This document shows, one piece after another, positions 26,332 through 35,834 of a DNA stretch of 63,733 nt. A program made the position numbers and the translations under genes. The notes below the pieces were generated by a model. It searched no databases and had not been told where the DNA came from. It saw only the letters and a list, made by a program, of their open reading frames with translations. Position 1 is the stretch's first letter. The number at the start of each line of letters is the position of its first letter. Origin of the DNA: a virus (taxonomy: Duplodnaviria > Caudoviricetes); IMG/VR virus record IMGVR_UViG_3300032722_000019, positions 1 to 63,733 of that record, one strand, 5' to 3'.

Positions 26332-27377
26332 CGGTCGGTCCCTCCCAGTGGGTCGAAGGCCTCGCCCAGGAGCTCCTCCAGCTCCCTGATCGAGGCCTTG
26401 CCGCGGAACAGCGCCAGGGTGTCGCGTCCCGAGCGCCGTCCCACGGAGGGGTCCAGCAGGTGGTCCGTCCACATGTCTCGGAGCACCCTGAGGAGCCGCT
26501 CCCGGACCGCCGCGCCGGGCTCCCCCGGGCTCGCGCTCCGCGACTCCTCGATGCCCTTGAGAACTCCCCTCAGCGCGTCGGCGGCCTCCAGGACGTCGTC
26601 CGGGTGGACGAAGTGAGAGGCCGGGCTCAGGTTGGGGCGCCCCTCCACGAAGCAGGGCTTGTGGAGGTCGAGCAGCCACTGGCACACCCGTGAGAGGCGC
26701 TCCCTCCGCACGGGCTGGTCGGCCACTGGGTCCTTCCCCCTCGGCCGAGTGTTGGACCAGGCCTCGGTTATGATGGCGCCGGCTTCCTCTGCCGAGCAAT
26801 CCAGAAGGCTCCTCGGCTTCGCGCGATCCTGGGCGCCGTCCTTGGTCCTCAGACCCTTGCCGGCCGTGCCGCGCCAGCGTCCCCACCAGTCGGCCCAGGC
26901 CTCCCCCTCGGTCCGCCAGCCCTCCGTCCTGTGGTCGCAGTTCGGGCAGCGGACGAAGAAGATGCACCCCACCGTGCCGAGCGTCACGCCCCTCTGGAGC
27001 TCCGGACGGCTCTCCGGGCAGCAGGAGAGCGGGAGGTCGCGGGCGAACCTGACCCCTTCCTCGGAGACGAGCTTGACCTCGGGCTGGTCTGCCGCTCGGG
27101 CCTGTGTGCCGTCCGGCGTAGGGGTCCCGCGCCTGCGCGGCTGCCAGACCTCCCGGCTGAACCGCGCCATGTCGGCCGCGCACGAGAAGGCCTCGTTGAC
27201 CATCTCGCCGTCTTCCTTGGGCCGGAGACCAGCCTCTATGTCGGAGCGTCGACTCCGGGCCCAGGCCCTCACGAGGTCGGCGGCGCGGGGGTCCCGGCCC
27301 AGCAGGACGAACATCGGCTCGTCGGGCTCGGCATTGCGGTGGCAGTCGAACTGCCCGGGGTTGTTCTTCGTGCCCAT
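26328..27377 (-). CDS. Mosaic hypothetical protein with zinc-ribbon segment
   Basis: Start ATG 27377; common phage N-terminal domain EPDEPMFVLLGRD; CCP...VRCPNC Lar-like segment. Confidence 0.6.
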   Translation of the reverse strand: MGTKNNPGQFDCHRNAEPDEPMFVLLGRDPRAADLVRAWARSRRSDIEAGLRPKEDGEMVNEAFSCAADMARFSREVWQPRRRGTPTPDGTQARAADQPEVKLVSEEGVRFARDLPLSCCPESRPELQRGVTLGTVGCIFFVRCPNCDHRTEGWRTEGEAWADWWGRWRGTAGKGLRTKDGAQDRAKPRSLLDCSAEEAGAIITEAWSNTRPRGKDPVADQPVRRERLSRVCQWLLDLHKPCFVEGRPNLSPASHFVHPDDVLEAADALRGVLKGIEESRSASPGEPGAAVRERLLRVLRDMWTDHLLDPSVGRRSGRDTLALFRGKASIRELEELLGEAFDPLGGTDR

Positions 27378-27646
27378 CAGGCGTCCTCCTCCACGTGCAG
27401 GGTGGCGCGCAGCCTCTTCGTGAGGCGGTCCAGGTTCATGCTGACCAAGGCCCCGTCCTTGACCCGGATGACCGTCGAGGTAGTCCCGTCGGCGACCGCG
27501 CGGGTCTTCAGGTAGACCGTGCGAGGATCCAGGTAGATCGTGCGATTGGGGTCCGTGTCGAGGGGCAGCCTGAAGCACGCCCCCGGCTCCAGTTCCTTGA
27601 GGGTGACGGCCCCCTCCTCGTCGTTCTTGCTCCACTCCACGTCCAT
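27377..27646 (-). CDS. Hypothetical protein
   Basis: RBS AAGGAG; TGATG coupling. Confidence 0.55.
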   Translation of the reverse strand: MDVEWSKNDEEGAVTLKELEPGACFRLPLDTDPNRTIYLDPRTVYLKTRAVADGTTSTVIRVKDGALVSMNLDRLTKRLRATLHVEEDA

Positions 27647-27699
27647 CTTCTTCTCCTTCTTCTCTGATAATCAAACGACGTGTTTTGAATTCTTTGAAA

Positions 27700-28002
27700 T
27701 CAGCGGTAGAGCCGGCGGTCGCGTTCCCTGCGACGGCGCTCGGCGCGGTTGCGCGGGGGTGGCTCGGGCTCCGGGAGCGCCTCGATCATCTGCCGAGCGA
27801 CCTCCTCCATGTTCGGCACCGGCGTGGCATCCAGCGGCTCGGGGACCCCGGGCAGCGCGACGGGCGTGATCCCGAGCAGCGTGTAGGCCTCCCGCAGCAG
27901 CCTGATGGAGTGGCCCGCGACGCCGACCACCACCACGACGCTGTCCTCGGCGGGGTCGTCCCAGGTGACCGGCTCGTCCGCGATGATGAATGTCTTGGTC
28001 AC
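27700..28002 (-). CDS. Hypothetical protein
   Basis: RBS GAGGA; ends in NRAERRR motif. Confidence 0.55.
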   Translation of the reverse strand: MTKTFIIADEPVTWDDPAEDSVVVVVGVAGHSIRLLREAYTLLGITPVALPGVPEPLDATPVPNMEEVARQMIEALPEPEPPPRNRAERRRRERDRRLYR

Positions 28003-28016
28003 GTGAGTCCTCTATG

Positions 28017-28358
28017 CTATGCGCTATCGATCGGGGCAATCGGTGGTCTACATGACGGCCTCCCGGGCTGCGACTCAGTCAACTCTGTCGCCGAGTATGT
28101 AGTCAACCCTATAGCGCGGATCGGCCCGCGGGTCAAGGGTCTTACGGGACGAAGCACCACCCGGGCGCTGTACGGCGTGTTCCACGACCGATCCTTCTCC
28201 TCCACGCGGAACTCGCCTCTCAATTCCGGCACGCCCGTGAAGGTCAGCCGCTGGCCTACTTCGACATCGTGGTAGCCGATCTCTATGACGGGCCAGTCGC
28301 GCCGACGCCTGCGCGCCCTCTGCTTCCTGCGACGCGCCTTGTTCACTCGCTCCTCCAC
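28017..28358 (-). CDS. Hypothetical protein
   Basis: In operon; start uncertain. Confidence 0.4.
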   Translation of the reverse strand: MEERVNKARRRKQRARRRRRDWPVIEIGYHDVEVGQRLTFTGVPELRGEFRVEEKDRSWNTPYSARVVLRPVRPLTRGPIRAIGLTTYSATELTESQPGRPSCRPPIAPIDSA

Positions 28359-28651
28359 TGCTCGGGGTCGAGTCCGTCCAGCACACCTAGCTCTAGGAAC
28401 ATCCTCTCGTAGTTCTTCGCCTGAGTTCGGATCATGTTCCTGCCGACCTCGTTATCGGGGATGCTATAGGTTGTATCGATCCGGAGTATCCTCTCCTTAA
28501 CGAGCGCTTCCAGGACCGGGCGGCGCAGGTGGGGAGGTAGCCTGTGAAGAACGCAGACGTCCCTCATCAACTGTTCGTCCAGGAAACGCGCCTTCTCGTC
28601 TACCTCGAGGTGGGCTGTCATGATGGCACGGTGTCTGTCCAGAAAATTCAT
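28343..28651 (-). CDS. Hypothetical protein
   Basis: ATGA overlap with primase stop. Confidence 0.55.
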   Translation of the reverse strand: MNFLDRHRAIMTAHLEVDEKARFLDEQLMRDVCVLHRLPPHLRRPVLEALVKERILRIDTTYSIPDNEVGRNMIRTQAKNYERMFLELGVLDGLDPEQWRSE

Positions 28652-30678
28652 TTCTTCCCCATCCCAAATGTAGGTTTCTTGAAGAGGTAGAAGTGCTCCT
28701 CCTCGGCCGGGCGGTAGGCCTCCACCAGCGCGGCCACCAGCTCGCCGCGCACCTCGGAGCTCCTCTTGCCCATCATCACGTCCTCCAGGGACCAGCGCGC
28801 GTAGCCCGGGGGCGGCTGGGCGCGGCCGGCGGTGCGCGCCACCGCCAGGCCCTCGCCCTCGCAGGACTCCAGCGCGCGCTTGGCGCGGGTCATCATCACC
28901 ATCATCCGTGCCCGGAGGTCGTCCTCCTGGCGGGCAGAGCGCGCCCTCTGCCTCTGCTCGCGGCGCTCCTCCGGCGTGACGGCCTGCATCAGGCTGACCG
29001 TCCGGTACAGGGCCGTCTGGCGCTGCCCCCAGGGCGTGTCTATCGCCTCCTCGCTGACCTGCGTGTGGACCTCGTACAGAGACGTGGTGGGCTCGAAGCG
29101 TCGCTTGCCCAGCGAGACGAAGCGCGTGGTGGGCGGGGGGTCATCGGGGTCCTGCTTGGGCGGCAGCGCCACGAATATCTCTCCCGTGGTGTCGGCGGCC
29201 CAGGCCCCCGCGCCGCGGGCCGACAGGTCCTCGCCCTCGGAGAACTTGAGGGCCTTGGCCACGTGCATGGTGGCCCAGAGGCTGGCGTCGCCTATGCCCG
29301 CCCGCAGCGCGGCAACCGCGGCGGACACCTCGCTGTTGGCGTTCTCGTCGGAGAGGGCCACGGTGGCCGGGACGGTGTCCAGGACCACCAGCGGCGTGGG
29401 GGAGTACCCGTCCGCCTCCTGGCGGTAGCCCTCGGCCTCGTCCGCCCTCATCAGGTCGAGCAGGGTCTTGCGCCAGACCGCGGCCTCCGCGCGCTTGGCG
29501 GGGATCAGCTTGAACCAGCGGTCGAACTCGGAGTGGGCGGCCCCGATCTGCCCCGCCAGCTTCATGCCGCGGATGATGCGCTGGCACTGGTGGACGTCCT
29601 CGGTCACGAAGTAGACGCGGCGCCTCAGGTAGGGCCGGGCCAGCCCCTCCACCTCCGCCAGGTGGGCCACCACCAGCGTCAGCGCCACCAGGATGGAGGA
29701 CTTGCCCACGCCGGCGGACCCCGCGACCACCACCATGCCCGTGGCCACGAAGCCGTCCAGCACGAACTCCACGGGCTGCCCGCGGCCGAAGTCCACCGGG
29801 ATCGCGGTGGCCAGCAGGTCCATCCCCTGGCGCTCGCGGGGGTCCCAGCCGGCGGCCTTGGCCCAGGCGAACACCGAGCGCCAGGGCGCGTAGGGGAGGC
29901 CCGTGTTGGCGAACTTGCGCCGGTTCTCGGCCTCGTCGAACTTGGGGCTGCGCCGCGCCCACTCCAGGAACAGGTCCTCCCCGCCCTCCACCTTCTGGAG
30001 TGCCAGCGCCACGGACACCCAGGTGTGGTAGGGCGAGGGGTCCAGGTAGGTCAGCGCGTGGCGCAGGTCGCGCAGCTGGGCCTCCTCCAGCGCCTCCATC
30101 GGGCGGGCGAGCAGCGCGGCCTGGTCCGCCGGGGGGCCGGAGCCCGCGCGGTCGTACAGGTCGGCGGGCTCGCCGTCCCTGATCTCGTCCAGGGTGACGC
30201 CGAAGTAGCGGCCCAGCGAGTACCACTCGTGGCCCCGCTCGTGGTCCACCCGGGCGGCGAAGGGGCGGCCGTAGGAGATGCAGTGCCACCCGCCGCCCGA
30301 CACGCTGCGCTCGATGTAGCCAGGCATGTTCCCGACCTCCGAGGCCGTGGGGTCTGCATCATGGTCGAAGCCCTGCCACGCCCCGCCCATGCCGTCCGAC
30401 CCCAGGGCGAATCCCAGGTGCAGCGTACCGCCGGACTCCTTGACCGCCCTGTGGGCCTGCTCGAAGGTGGCCAGCTGGGCCAGGTCCTCGGGGGTGTCGG
30501 TCTTCTCGCGGGGGCCGCCGCTGAGGTAGAAGGGGTTCTTGGGGGGCTTCTTGCCCGGCATCGTGATGGGGCCGTAGCGCCAGACCAGCCAGCGGCGGGC
30601 CAGCTTCATCAGCTGGAGCGTCGTGAGGCCCTGGCGCGGGTCGTCCCGCCGGACCGTGTAGGCGCTGATGTCCACCAT
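28648..30678 (-). CDS. Primase-polymerase/PriCT-2/AAA helicase fusion
   Basis: WLVWRY, DHD, ERSVSGGGWH primase motifs; YHTWVSVALAL PriCT-2; GSAGVGKS Walker A and VVLDT Walker B. Confidence 0.85.
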   Translation of the reverse strand: MVDISAYTVRRDDPRQGLTTLQLMKLARRWLVWRYGPITMPGKKPPKNPFYLSGGPREKTDTPEDLAQLATFEQAHRAVKESGGTLHLGFALGSDGMGGAWQGFDHDADPTASEVGNMPGYIERSVSGGGWHCISYGRPFAARVDHERGHEWYSLGRYFGVTLDEIRDGEPADLYDRAGSGPPADQAALLARPMEALEEAQLRDLRHALTYLDPSPYHTWVSVALALQKVEGGEDLFLEWARRSPKFDEAENRRKFANTGLPYAPWRSVFAWAKAAGWDPRERQGMDLLATAIPVDFGRGQPVEFVLDGFVATGMVVVAGSAGVGKSSILVALTLVVAHLAEVEGLARPYLRRRVYFVTEDVHQCQRIIRGMKLAGQIGAAHSEFDRWFKLIPAKRAEAAVWRKTLLDLMRADEAEGYRQEADGYSPTPLVVLDTVPATVALSDENANSEVSAAVAALRAGIGDASLWATMHVAKALKFSEGEDLSARGAGAWAADTTGEIFVALPPKQDPDDPPPTTRFVSLGKRRFEPTTSLYEVHTQVSEEAIDTPWGQRQTALYRTVSLMQAVTPEERREQRQRARSARQEDDLRARMMVMMTRAKRALESCEGEGLAVARTAGRAQPPPGYARWSLEDVMMGKRSSEVRGELVAALVEAYRPAEEEHFYLFKKPTFGMGKK

Positions 30679-30930
30679 CAGCGAGAGCCTGCTTTTACTG
30701 TCAAGACGCTTCCCCCGCTCCTAGCCGGAAGAAGGTGGTGCTGTGCACGGGTCTCCGAGCGTGGGGGCTAGGGAGGGTACCTGGGCGCTTCCACTATCGC
30801 ACCGGGAGCGACCCGGTTCGCTTGGCGATCGTCTTCTTCCTGCCCCTGATCATCGGGCCGCCGATCCCAAAAGGCAACCAGGAAAACGCCGCGCAACGCC
30901 CTCAGTGGCGTCCGGTTTCGCCGAGACGAG

Positions 30931-30991
30931 TAAAATAAATTTTGCCGGTGGGTAACTTTCCGCTTTACTTCTGACGCGGCGAGGTTATAAT
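30931..30991 (+). promoter_or_regulatory. Early promoter
   Basis: AT-rich UP tract, TAACTTTCCGC motif, TTTACT-16 nt-TATAAT. Confidence 0.7.
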
Positions 30992-31021
30992 GGGGGCATA
31001 GCAACTAGCAAGGAGGCTCTC

Positions 31022-31237
31022 ATGAGCGACGTCGACACCACCCTCACCTCGGCCCAGGCCGAGCTCTTCAAGGACCCCGCGATCGAGGCCGCGTTCCAGG
31101 CCTGGGTGGCGGAGGCCCGCAAGGGGGCCACGGCCGCGGATCGGCTCAGGGGTGCCCTGACCCGCAAGCAGTTCCTGATGCGCATCCGCGCGCTCATTCA
31201 GAGCGGTGCCATCGAGGCGGCCCGCGGGGAGGGCTGA
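31022..31237 (+). CDS. Hypothetical early protein
   Basis: RBS AAGGAGG; first gene after promoter. Confidence 0.65.
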   Translation: MSDVDTTLTSAQAELFKDPAIEAAFQAWVAEARKGATAADRLRGALTRKQFLMRIRALIQSGAIEAARGEG

Positions 31238-31240
31238 GCG

Positions 31241-31423
31241 ATGGGCACCTCCTTCCCCTGGGTGTACGACGACGGCGGCCGCCCGGCCGCGCCTTCCCCA
31301 CCCCGCTCCTCTTCAAGGGCGACCGGCAGGTGGGGTACGTCTCCTACAACGGTCGCGTCTGGGCCGGCACGCCGCAGGACTGCAAGCCCGACGCCACCCT
31401 TCCCCCTCTACGACAACCGCTGA
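31241..31423 (+). pseudogene. Probable chimeric or frameshifted gene remnant
   Basis: WVYDDGGR start, then plausible sequence switches frame to VGYVSYNGRVWAG and back to PLYDNR. Confidence 0.4.
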
Positions 31424-31429
31424 GACGAG

Positions 31430-32089
31430 ATGTCTGGATTTTCTTTCATCGACCTGTTCGCCGGCATCGGGAGCCTCCGCAGGGGCTTCGAGGGTGCCGG
31501 CGGCCGCTGCGTCTACACCTCGGAGTGGAACCCCAAGTCCCAGCAGACCTACAGGGCTAACTTCCCGCACGACGGGCACGGCATCGACGGCGACATCACC
31601 AAGGTGGACGCCGCTGCCGTGCCCGACCACGACGTGCTCCTGGCGGGCTTCTTCTGCCAGCCGTTCTCCATCGCGGGGGTCTCCGCCCGGAACAGCCTGG
31701 GCAGGGCCCACGGCTTCGCCTGCGAGGCGCAGGGCACCCTCTTCTTCGACGTGGCCCGCATTCTCAGGGAGAAGAGGCCCGCCGCGTTCCTGCTCGAGAA
31801 CGTCCGCAACCTTGTGTCCCACGACGGGGGTAACACGTTCCGCGTCATCCGCGGCGTCCTCGAGGAGGAGCTCGGCTACCGCGTCAGCTGGCGCGTCATC
31901 AACTCGCGGTCGTGGGTCCCCCAGAGCCGCAACCGGGTCTTCATCGCGGGCTTCAGGGACCACGGCCACTTCTCCCTAGGCACCCTGCTGGCGCCGCGTC
32001 CCGCACGCCGACCGCCGGGCGTTCTACAAGGCCGCCCGGGAGGGCACCAATGCCGAGTATCGGGCCGCGATGGAGAACGTCCTGACTAA
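31430..32089 (+). pseudogene. Truncated C5-cytosine DNA methyltransferase (Dcm-like)
   Basis: FIDLFAGIG (motif I), GFFCQPFS (motif IV, Pro to Phe), LENV (VI), PQSRNRVFI (VIII); target-recognition domain and motifs IX-X absent; homology ends near 31980. Confidence 0.8.
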
Positions 32090-32107
32090 GTCGTTCGAGG
32101 CCCGCTG

Positions 32108-32230
32108 ATGGACTCGTACGACGAAGGCTGGGAGGACTGGTTTGACGGCCTGCAGCCTCAGTCTGACGATCCCGAGTACCTGCGCGGCTGGAACGACGCC
32201 GACAACTCCTGCGAGGAGTGGCCCGGCTAA
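32108..32230 (+). CDS. 40-aa acidic Trp-rich peptide
   Basis: MDSYDEGWEDWFDG...YLRGWNDA; TGATG and TAATG coupling. Confidence 0.5.
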   Translation: MDSYDEGWEDWFDGLQPQSDDPEYLRGWNDADNSCEEWPG

Positions 32231-32661
32231 TGGACTTCCTCCTAAACGAGACCCCCGTGCCCTGGCTGCCGCTCTACCTGGACGAGCACGGTACCTTCGC
32301 CCTGGTCAGCGCCGAGGACTACCCCTGGGCCAGTCGGTTCTCCTGGAGGCCCAAGCCCGACAAGACCGGCCGCAAGCTGTACGCCGTGCGCAGCATGGAC
32401 GTCGGGCGCCCTGTCGGAAAGGACAGGGCCGGACGCAGGCAGGTCAGCATCCACCTCCACAAGGAGGTCTGCCTGAGGGCATTCGGGCCGCCACCCACTC
32501 CCCGCCACGTCATCGGGGACCACCTGGACGGCAACAGCCTGGACTGCCGCCGGAGCAACCTCCGCTGGGCGACGAGGAGCGAGAACAACATGAACCTCAA
32601 CGGTTGGTACGCCCGGCAGATGAGGCTGCCGTTGGAGGCCAGGGATGCGCGCTTACGATAA
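32230..32661 (+). CDS. HNH endonuclease
   Basis: DHLDGNSLDCRRSNLRWATRSENNMN. Confidence 0.85.
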   Translation: MDFLLNETPVPWLPLYLDEHGTFALVSAEDYPWASRFSWRPKPDKTGRKLYAVRSMDVGRPVGKDRAGRRQVSIHLHKEVCLRAFGPPPTPRHVIGDHLDGNSLDCRRSNLRWATRSENNMNLNGWYARQMRLPLEARDARLR

Positions 32662-32848
32662 GGCGTTCCTCTGCCTGGTGCTCGCGACCGCGGCGGCCAT
32701 GCTACTGGGATTCGGCGTCCGCTCGTGCGTCATGGGCGGGCTGGAAGAGATCCGCAGGAGCACCGAGTGCGCCCTGCGTGGCGGGGTGATGGTCAGGGAG
32801 GCGAGGAATAGCTCTCGCCTGGCCTGCGCAAGACTGATGGAGGAGTAG
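32645..32848 (+). CDS. Small membrane protein
   Basis: Hydrophobic N-terminal helix; C...GG...C motif. Confidence 0.5.
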   Translation: MRAYDKAFLCLVLATAAAMLLGFGVRSCVMGGLEEIRRSTECALRGGVMVREARNSSRLACARLMEE

Positions 32849-33118
32849 GTGACCAAGAGGGTGTGGCCCGGCCTGGGTCGGGCGGCTGTGACTATCAAAG
32901 GCGCGAACCCCACGGAGGCTTGGCTCCAGGACGTGGAGGACTGGCTGGTCAGCAGCCGGTTCTCCCTGGGCGACCTGGCGGTGTGCGACCGCGTGCTGTC
33001 GGGCCTGGACAACGAGAGGATGGCCGAGCACTGCCGGCGCGGGGCCCGGCCCATCCCGGGGGCCCCGCCCTCCATGCGGGACATCCTGGAGGCCCTCAGG
33101 GCGGAGCCCTCCCTGTGA
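32849..33118 (+). CDS. Hypothetical protein
   Basis: RBS GGAGGAG; coupled. Confidence 0.5.
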   Translation: MTKRVWPGLGRAAVTIKGANPTEAWLQDVEDWLVSSRFSLGDLAVCDRVLSGLDNERMAEHCRRGARPIPGAPPSMRDILEALRAEPSL

Positions 33119-33438
33119 GCCTGCTCGACCTGACCGAGTACGACCACCACGTCCTGGCTGCGCTCGTCCACTACAGGAGTGTGCAGTCCCGGGAGGAGAT
33201 GGAGAGGACTGATCCCCAGTCGCCGCTGGTGCGCTGGATGATCAACTACATGCCGGCCCCAGAGGGCGAGGAGATACTAAACGGCCGCATGAACGGCTAC
33301 GGCGTGGGGGTGGAGAAGAACCCCAGGACGAGGGAGTGGTGCGTGGTGTTCTACCACCCGCTCACGAGGCAGCCGGCGGCCCAAGTGGTGGTCCCGGGCA
33401 GCGCGCCACCTCCTCCCATACCGCCGTGGGTAACTTAG
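33115..33438 (+). CDS. Hypothetical protein
   Basis: GTG 33115 overlapping upstream stop. Confidence 0.5.
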   Translation: MSLLDLTEYDHHVLAALVHYRSVQSREEMERTDPQSPLVRWMINYMPAPEGEEILNGRMNGYGVGVEKNPRTREWCVVFYHPLTRQPAAQVVVPGSAPPPPIPPWVT

Positions 33439-33469
33439 CGCTTGCCTTCTCTTTGAACCCCGCTATAAT
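33431..33469 (+). promoter_or_regulatory. Promoter
   Basis: TAACTTAGCGC motif then TTGCCT-16 nt-TATAAT. Confidence 0.7.
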
Positions 33470-33517
33470 CGTGCGACCGGTCAAGGGACCGCGATAGCAC
33501 ATAACAGGAGAACTGCC

Positions 33518-35229
33518 TTGGAAATCCAGCTAAAGAAAGACTTCGTGGCCTCCCTGGCGCAGGCCGTGAACGCCACCCACCCAGTCCTCTGCAAGCACCT
33601 GCTCAGCAGGATCAACCGCTACGGCGAGGAGAGCCTGACGCTCGACACCAACCGTCTGGAGGAGCTCGACGAGGGCCTGACCCCGGCGGCCCTGGAAGAC
33701 CTGGTGTACGAGCACGCTCGGGCCGTCAAGGCCCAGGGCGTCATGATGTACATCGGCTCCATCCGACTGGTGCTCAAGGACGTCAAGAGGTCCAAGCCGG
33801 GCAGCCTGGCGGCCCTGCAGGCCGCGCTCCGTGTCTACTTCCTGGAGGACGCGCTGGACGGCTGGCTGTACAAGGAGTGCGGCGACAAGTTTCTCCCCTT
33901 CGTGATCAACGGCGTCTACCTCAAGCTGCACACCACGAGGGAGAAGAGCGAGGGGGCCAAGGACTACGTGCGCCTCAGTTTCGTGGCGCACTCCACTGCG
34001 GGCACCGCCAGGAGCTACCGCAACACGTGCAGCCGGCGGGACGACTACGGCTCAGAGTACGACAGCGTCTCCTGGGAGTGGGGCGACTTCAACAAGAAGA
34101 CGGTCCCCGACCTGCTGGCCGAGAAGGGCCTCTTCCACGAGAGGCCCGAGCTCAAGGCGGACTACCTCCGCCAGCTGGCCCTGTTCGACGCCTATCGCCC
34201 CAGGTTCGGCGAGCAGTTCGTGGGCGTGTCGGGCTCCCTGGAGATGGAGTTCGACCCCGATGACAACTCCGAGTACAGGAGTCGGCGCAACCGAGAGCTC
34301 GTGTCGGAGGCCTGCTACATCAACGACGACGGCAGCGTCGAGCGCGCCGAGATGGCCGAGGAGCGCGAGAACACCCACTGGGTAGAGACCACCGGGCTCG
34401 CCGAGGACAGCCCTCTGTTCCGGCGCATCCCGGTCCACCCCTACCTGCGCATGTTCAACCTGGGCACCCACGCGTTCGCCTTCAAGCACGTGGACGACGT
34501 GAGGCCCTACGTCTACCGCGAGGACATGGCCGACAAGATCGTACTACCGGAGGCCCACCGCGACCTCATCGAAGTGCTGACCACCGACTTCGACGCGGTC
34601 CTCGGGGGCGATGTAGTAGAGGGCAAGGGCACTGGGGCCTGCATCCTCTGCAAGGGCCAGGCGGGCCTAGGCAAGACCCTGACCGCCGAGATCTCCTCCG
34701 AGGTCAGCAGGAAGCCCCTCTACAAGGTGCACTCCGGTCAGCTGGGCACCGACGCCCAGGAGGTCGAGAAGACGCTCAAGGTCATCTTCGGCCGGGCCGA
34801 GCGGTGGGGGTGCATCCTCCTGCTCGACGAGGCGGACGTGTACATCCGCCGCCGGGGCGACGACCTGGACCACAACGCCGTGGTGGCAGCCTTCCTGCGC
34901 ACCATGGAGTACTTCGGCGGCACGTTCTTCATGACCACTAACCGGGCCGACGACGTCGACGACGCGATCGAGAGCCGCTGCGTGGCCATCATCCTCTACG
35001 AAATGCCGAGCGCCAGGGAGCTCCGCCGCATCTTCGAGATCCAGTCCGAGAGCTGGGGGGCCGAGCTGTCCGAGAGCGACCTCGAAAAGCTGGTCAGCTA
35101 CTACGACGGCAGCTGTCGGGACGCGACGTCGGCCAGCTGGTCAAGCTGGCAACTCGCTACGCCGCGGCGCGGAAGATCCGAGTGGACAGCGAGGTCATCC
35201 GCAAGCTGGCCCAGTTCAAGGGGTTCTGA
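33518..35229 (+). CDS. AAA+ ATPase, frameshifted near 35110
   Basis: GQAGLGKT, LLLDEAD, MTTNR motifs; the expected C-terminal LSGRD helix continues in the -1 frame to TGA 35229, 3 nt before the next ATG. Confidence 0.8.
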
Positions 35230-35232
35230 GGC

Positions 35233-35556
35233 ATGGACATCAAGACCCTCCCCGAGCTCATCGCCTGCGTCCGGCAGGCCGTCGACGACATGCCCTCCCG
35301 GGTCGGGGAGGCCGTCCTCATGGTCTGCGACGCCGTCGAGAACACCATGAAGAAAGAGGTCCCCACCCAGGGGCCTCCTCCTTTCGAGACGGGGGACGTC
35401 GTCCGCGTCAGGGGCATACCCACCGCCCCGCTCATGTCGGTCTCTTCCTGCCAGCTGCACTCCCAGCACGGCTGGCTAGTGCCGGTCTGCTGGTTCGTGG
35501 AGGACCACGAGGCCACTTCCACATTCCTGGCGGGGCAGCTGGAGAAGGTCAGGTGA
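35233..35556 (+). CDS. Hypothetical protein (YodC/DUF2158-like C-terminus)
   Basis: FETGDVVRV...PLMSV...CWF pattern. Confidence 0.55.
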   Translation: MDIKTLPELIACVRQAVDDMPSRVGEAVLMVCDAVENTMKKEVPTQGPPPFETGDVVRVRGIPTAPLMSVSSCQLHSQHGWLVPVCWFVEDHEATSTFLAGQLEKVR

Positions 35557-35834
35557 CCCCCAACGAGATCGACCGAGAGGGCGACCTCCGCCATGCCCTG
35601 CGCGAGCTCCGCGTGGTCATAAGCGCGGAGTTCACCTACGCGGTCGCCCAGGTGAGGGCCCGCAACGCCGGGCTGCCCTGCCCGTCCCGCGAGCACTTTG
35701 CGGGGCAGGACGCCTTCCGCAGGGTGGTGAGGGACAACCTCTCCATGGACCTGGCGGGCACGATCCTGTTCCTGACCGTGCTGGCCCTGCGCGGCAGCCA
35801 CCCCAGAGAGCTTCAGAGGAGCACGCTGAATTGA
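35553..35834 (+). CDS. Hypothetical protein
   Basis: Coupled by GTGA/TTGA overlaps. Confidence 0.5.
   Translation: MTPNEIDREGDLRHALRELRVVISAEFTYAVAQVRARNAGLPCPSREHFAGQDAFRRVVRDNLSMDLAGTILFLTVLALRGSHPRELQRSTLN

Noticed and set aside
30676-30704. TTGACA upstream of the primase gene as a promoter
   Set aside because: The matching -10 position falls on the start codon with a poor sequence; not supportable.
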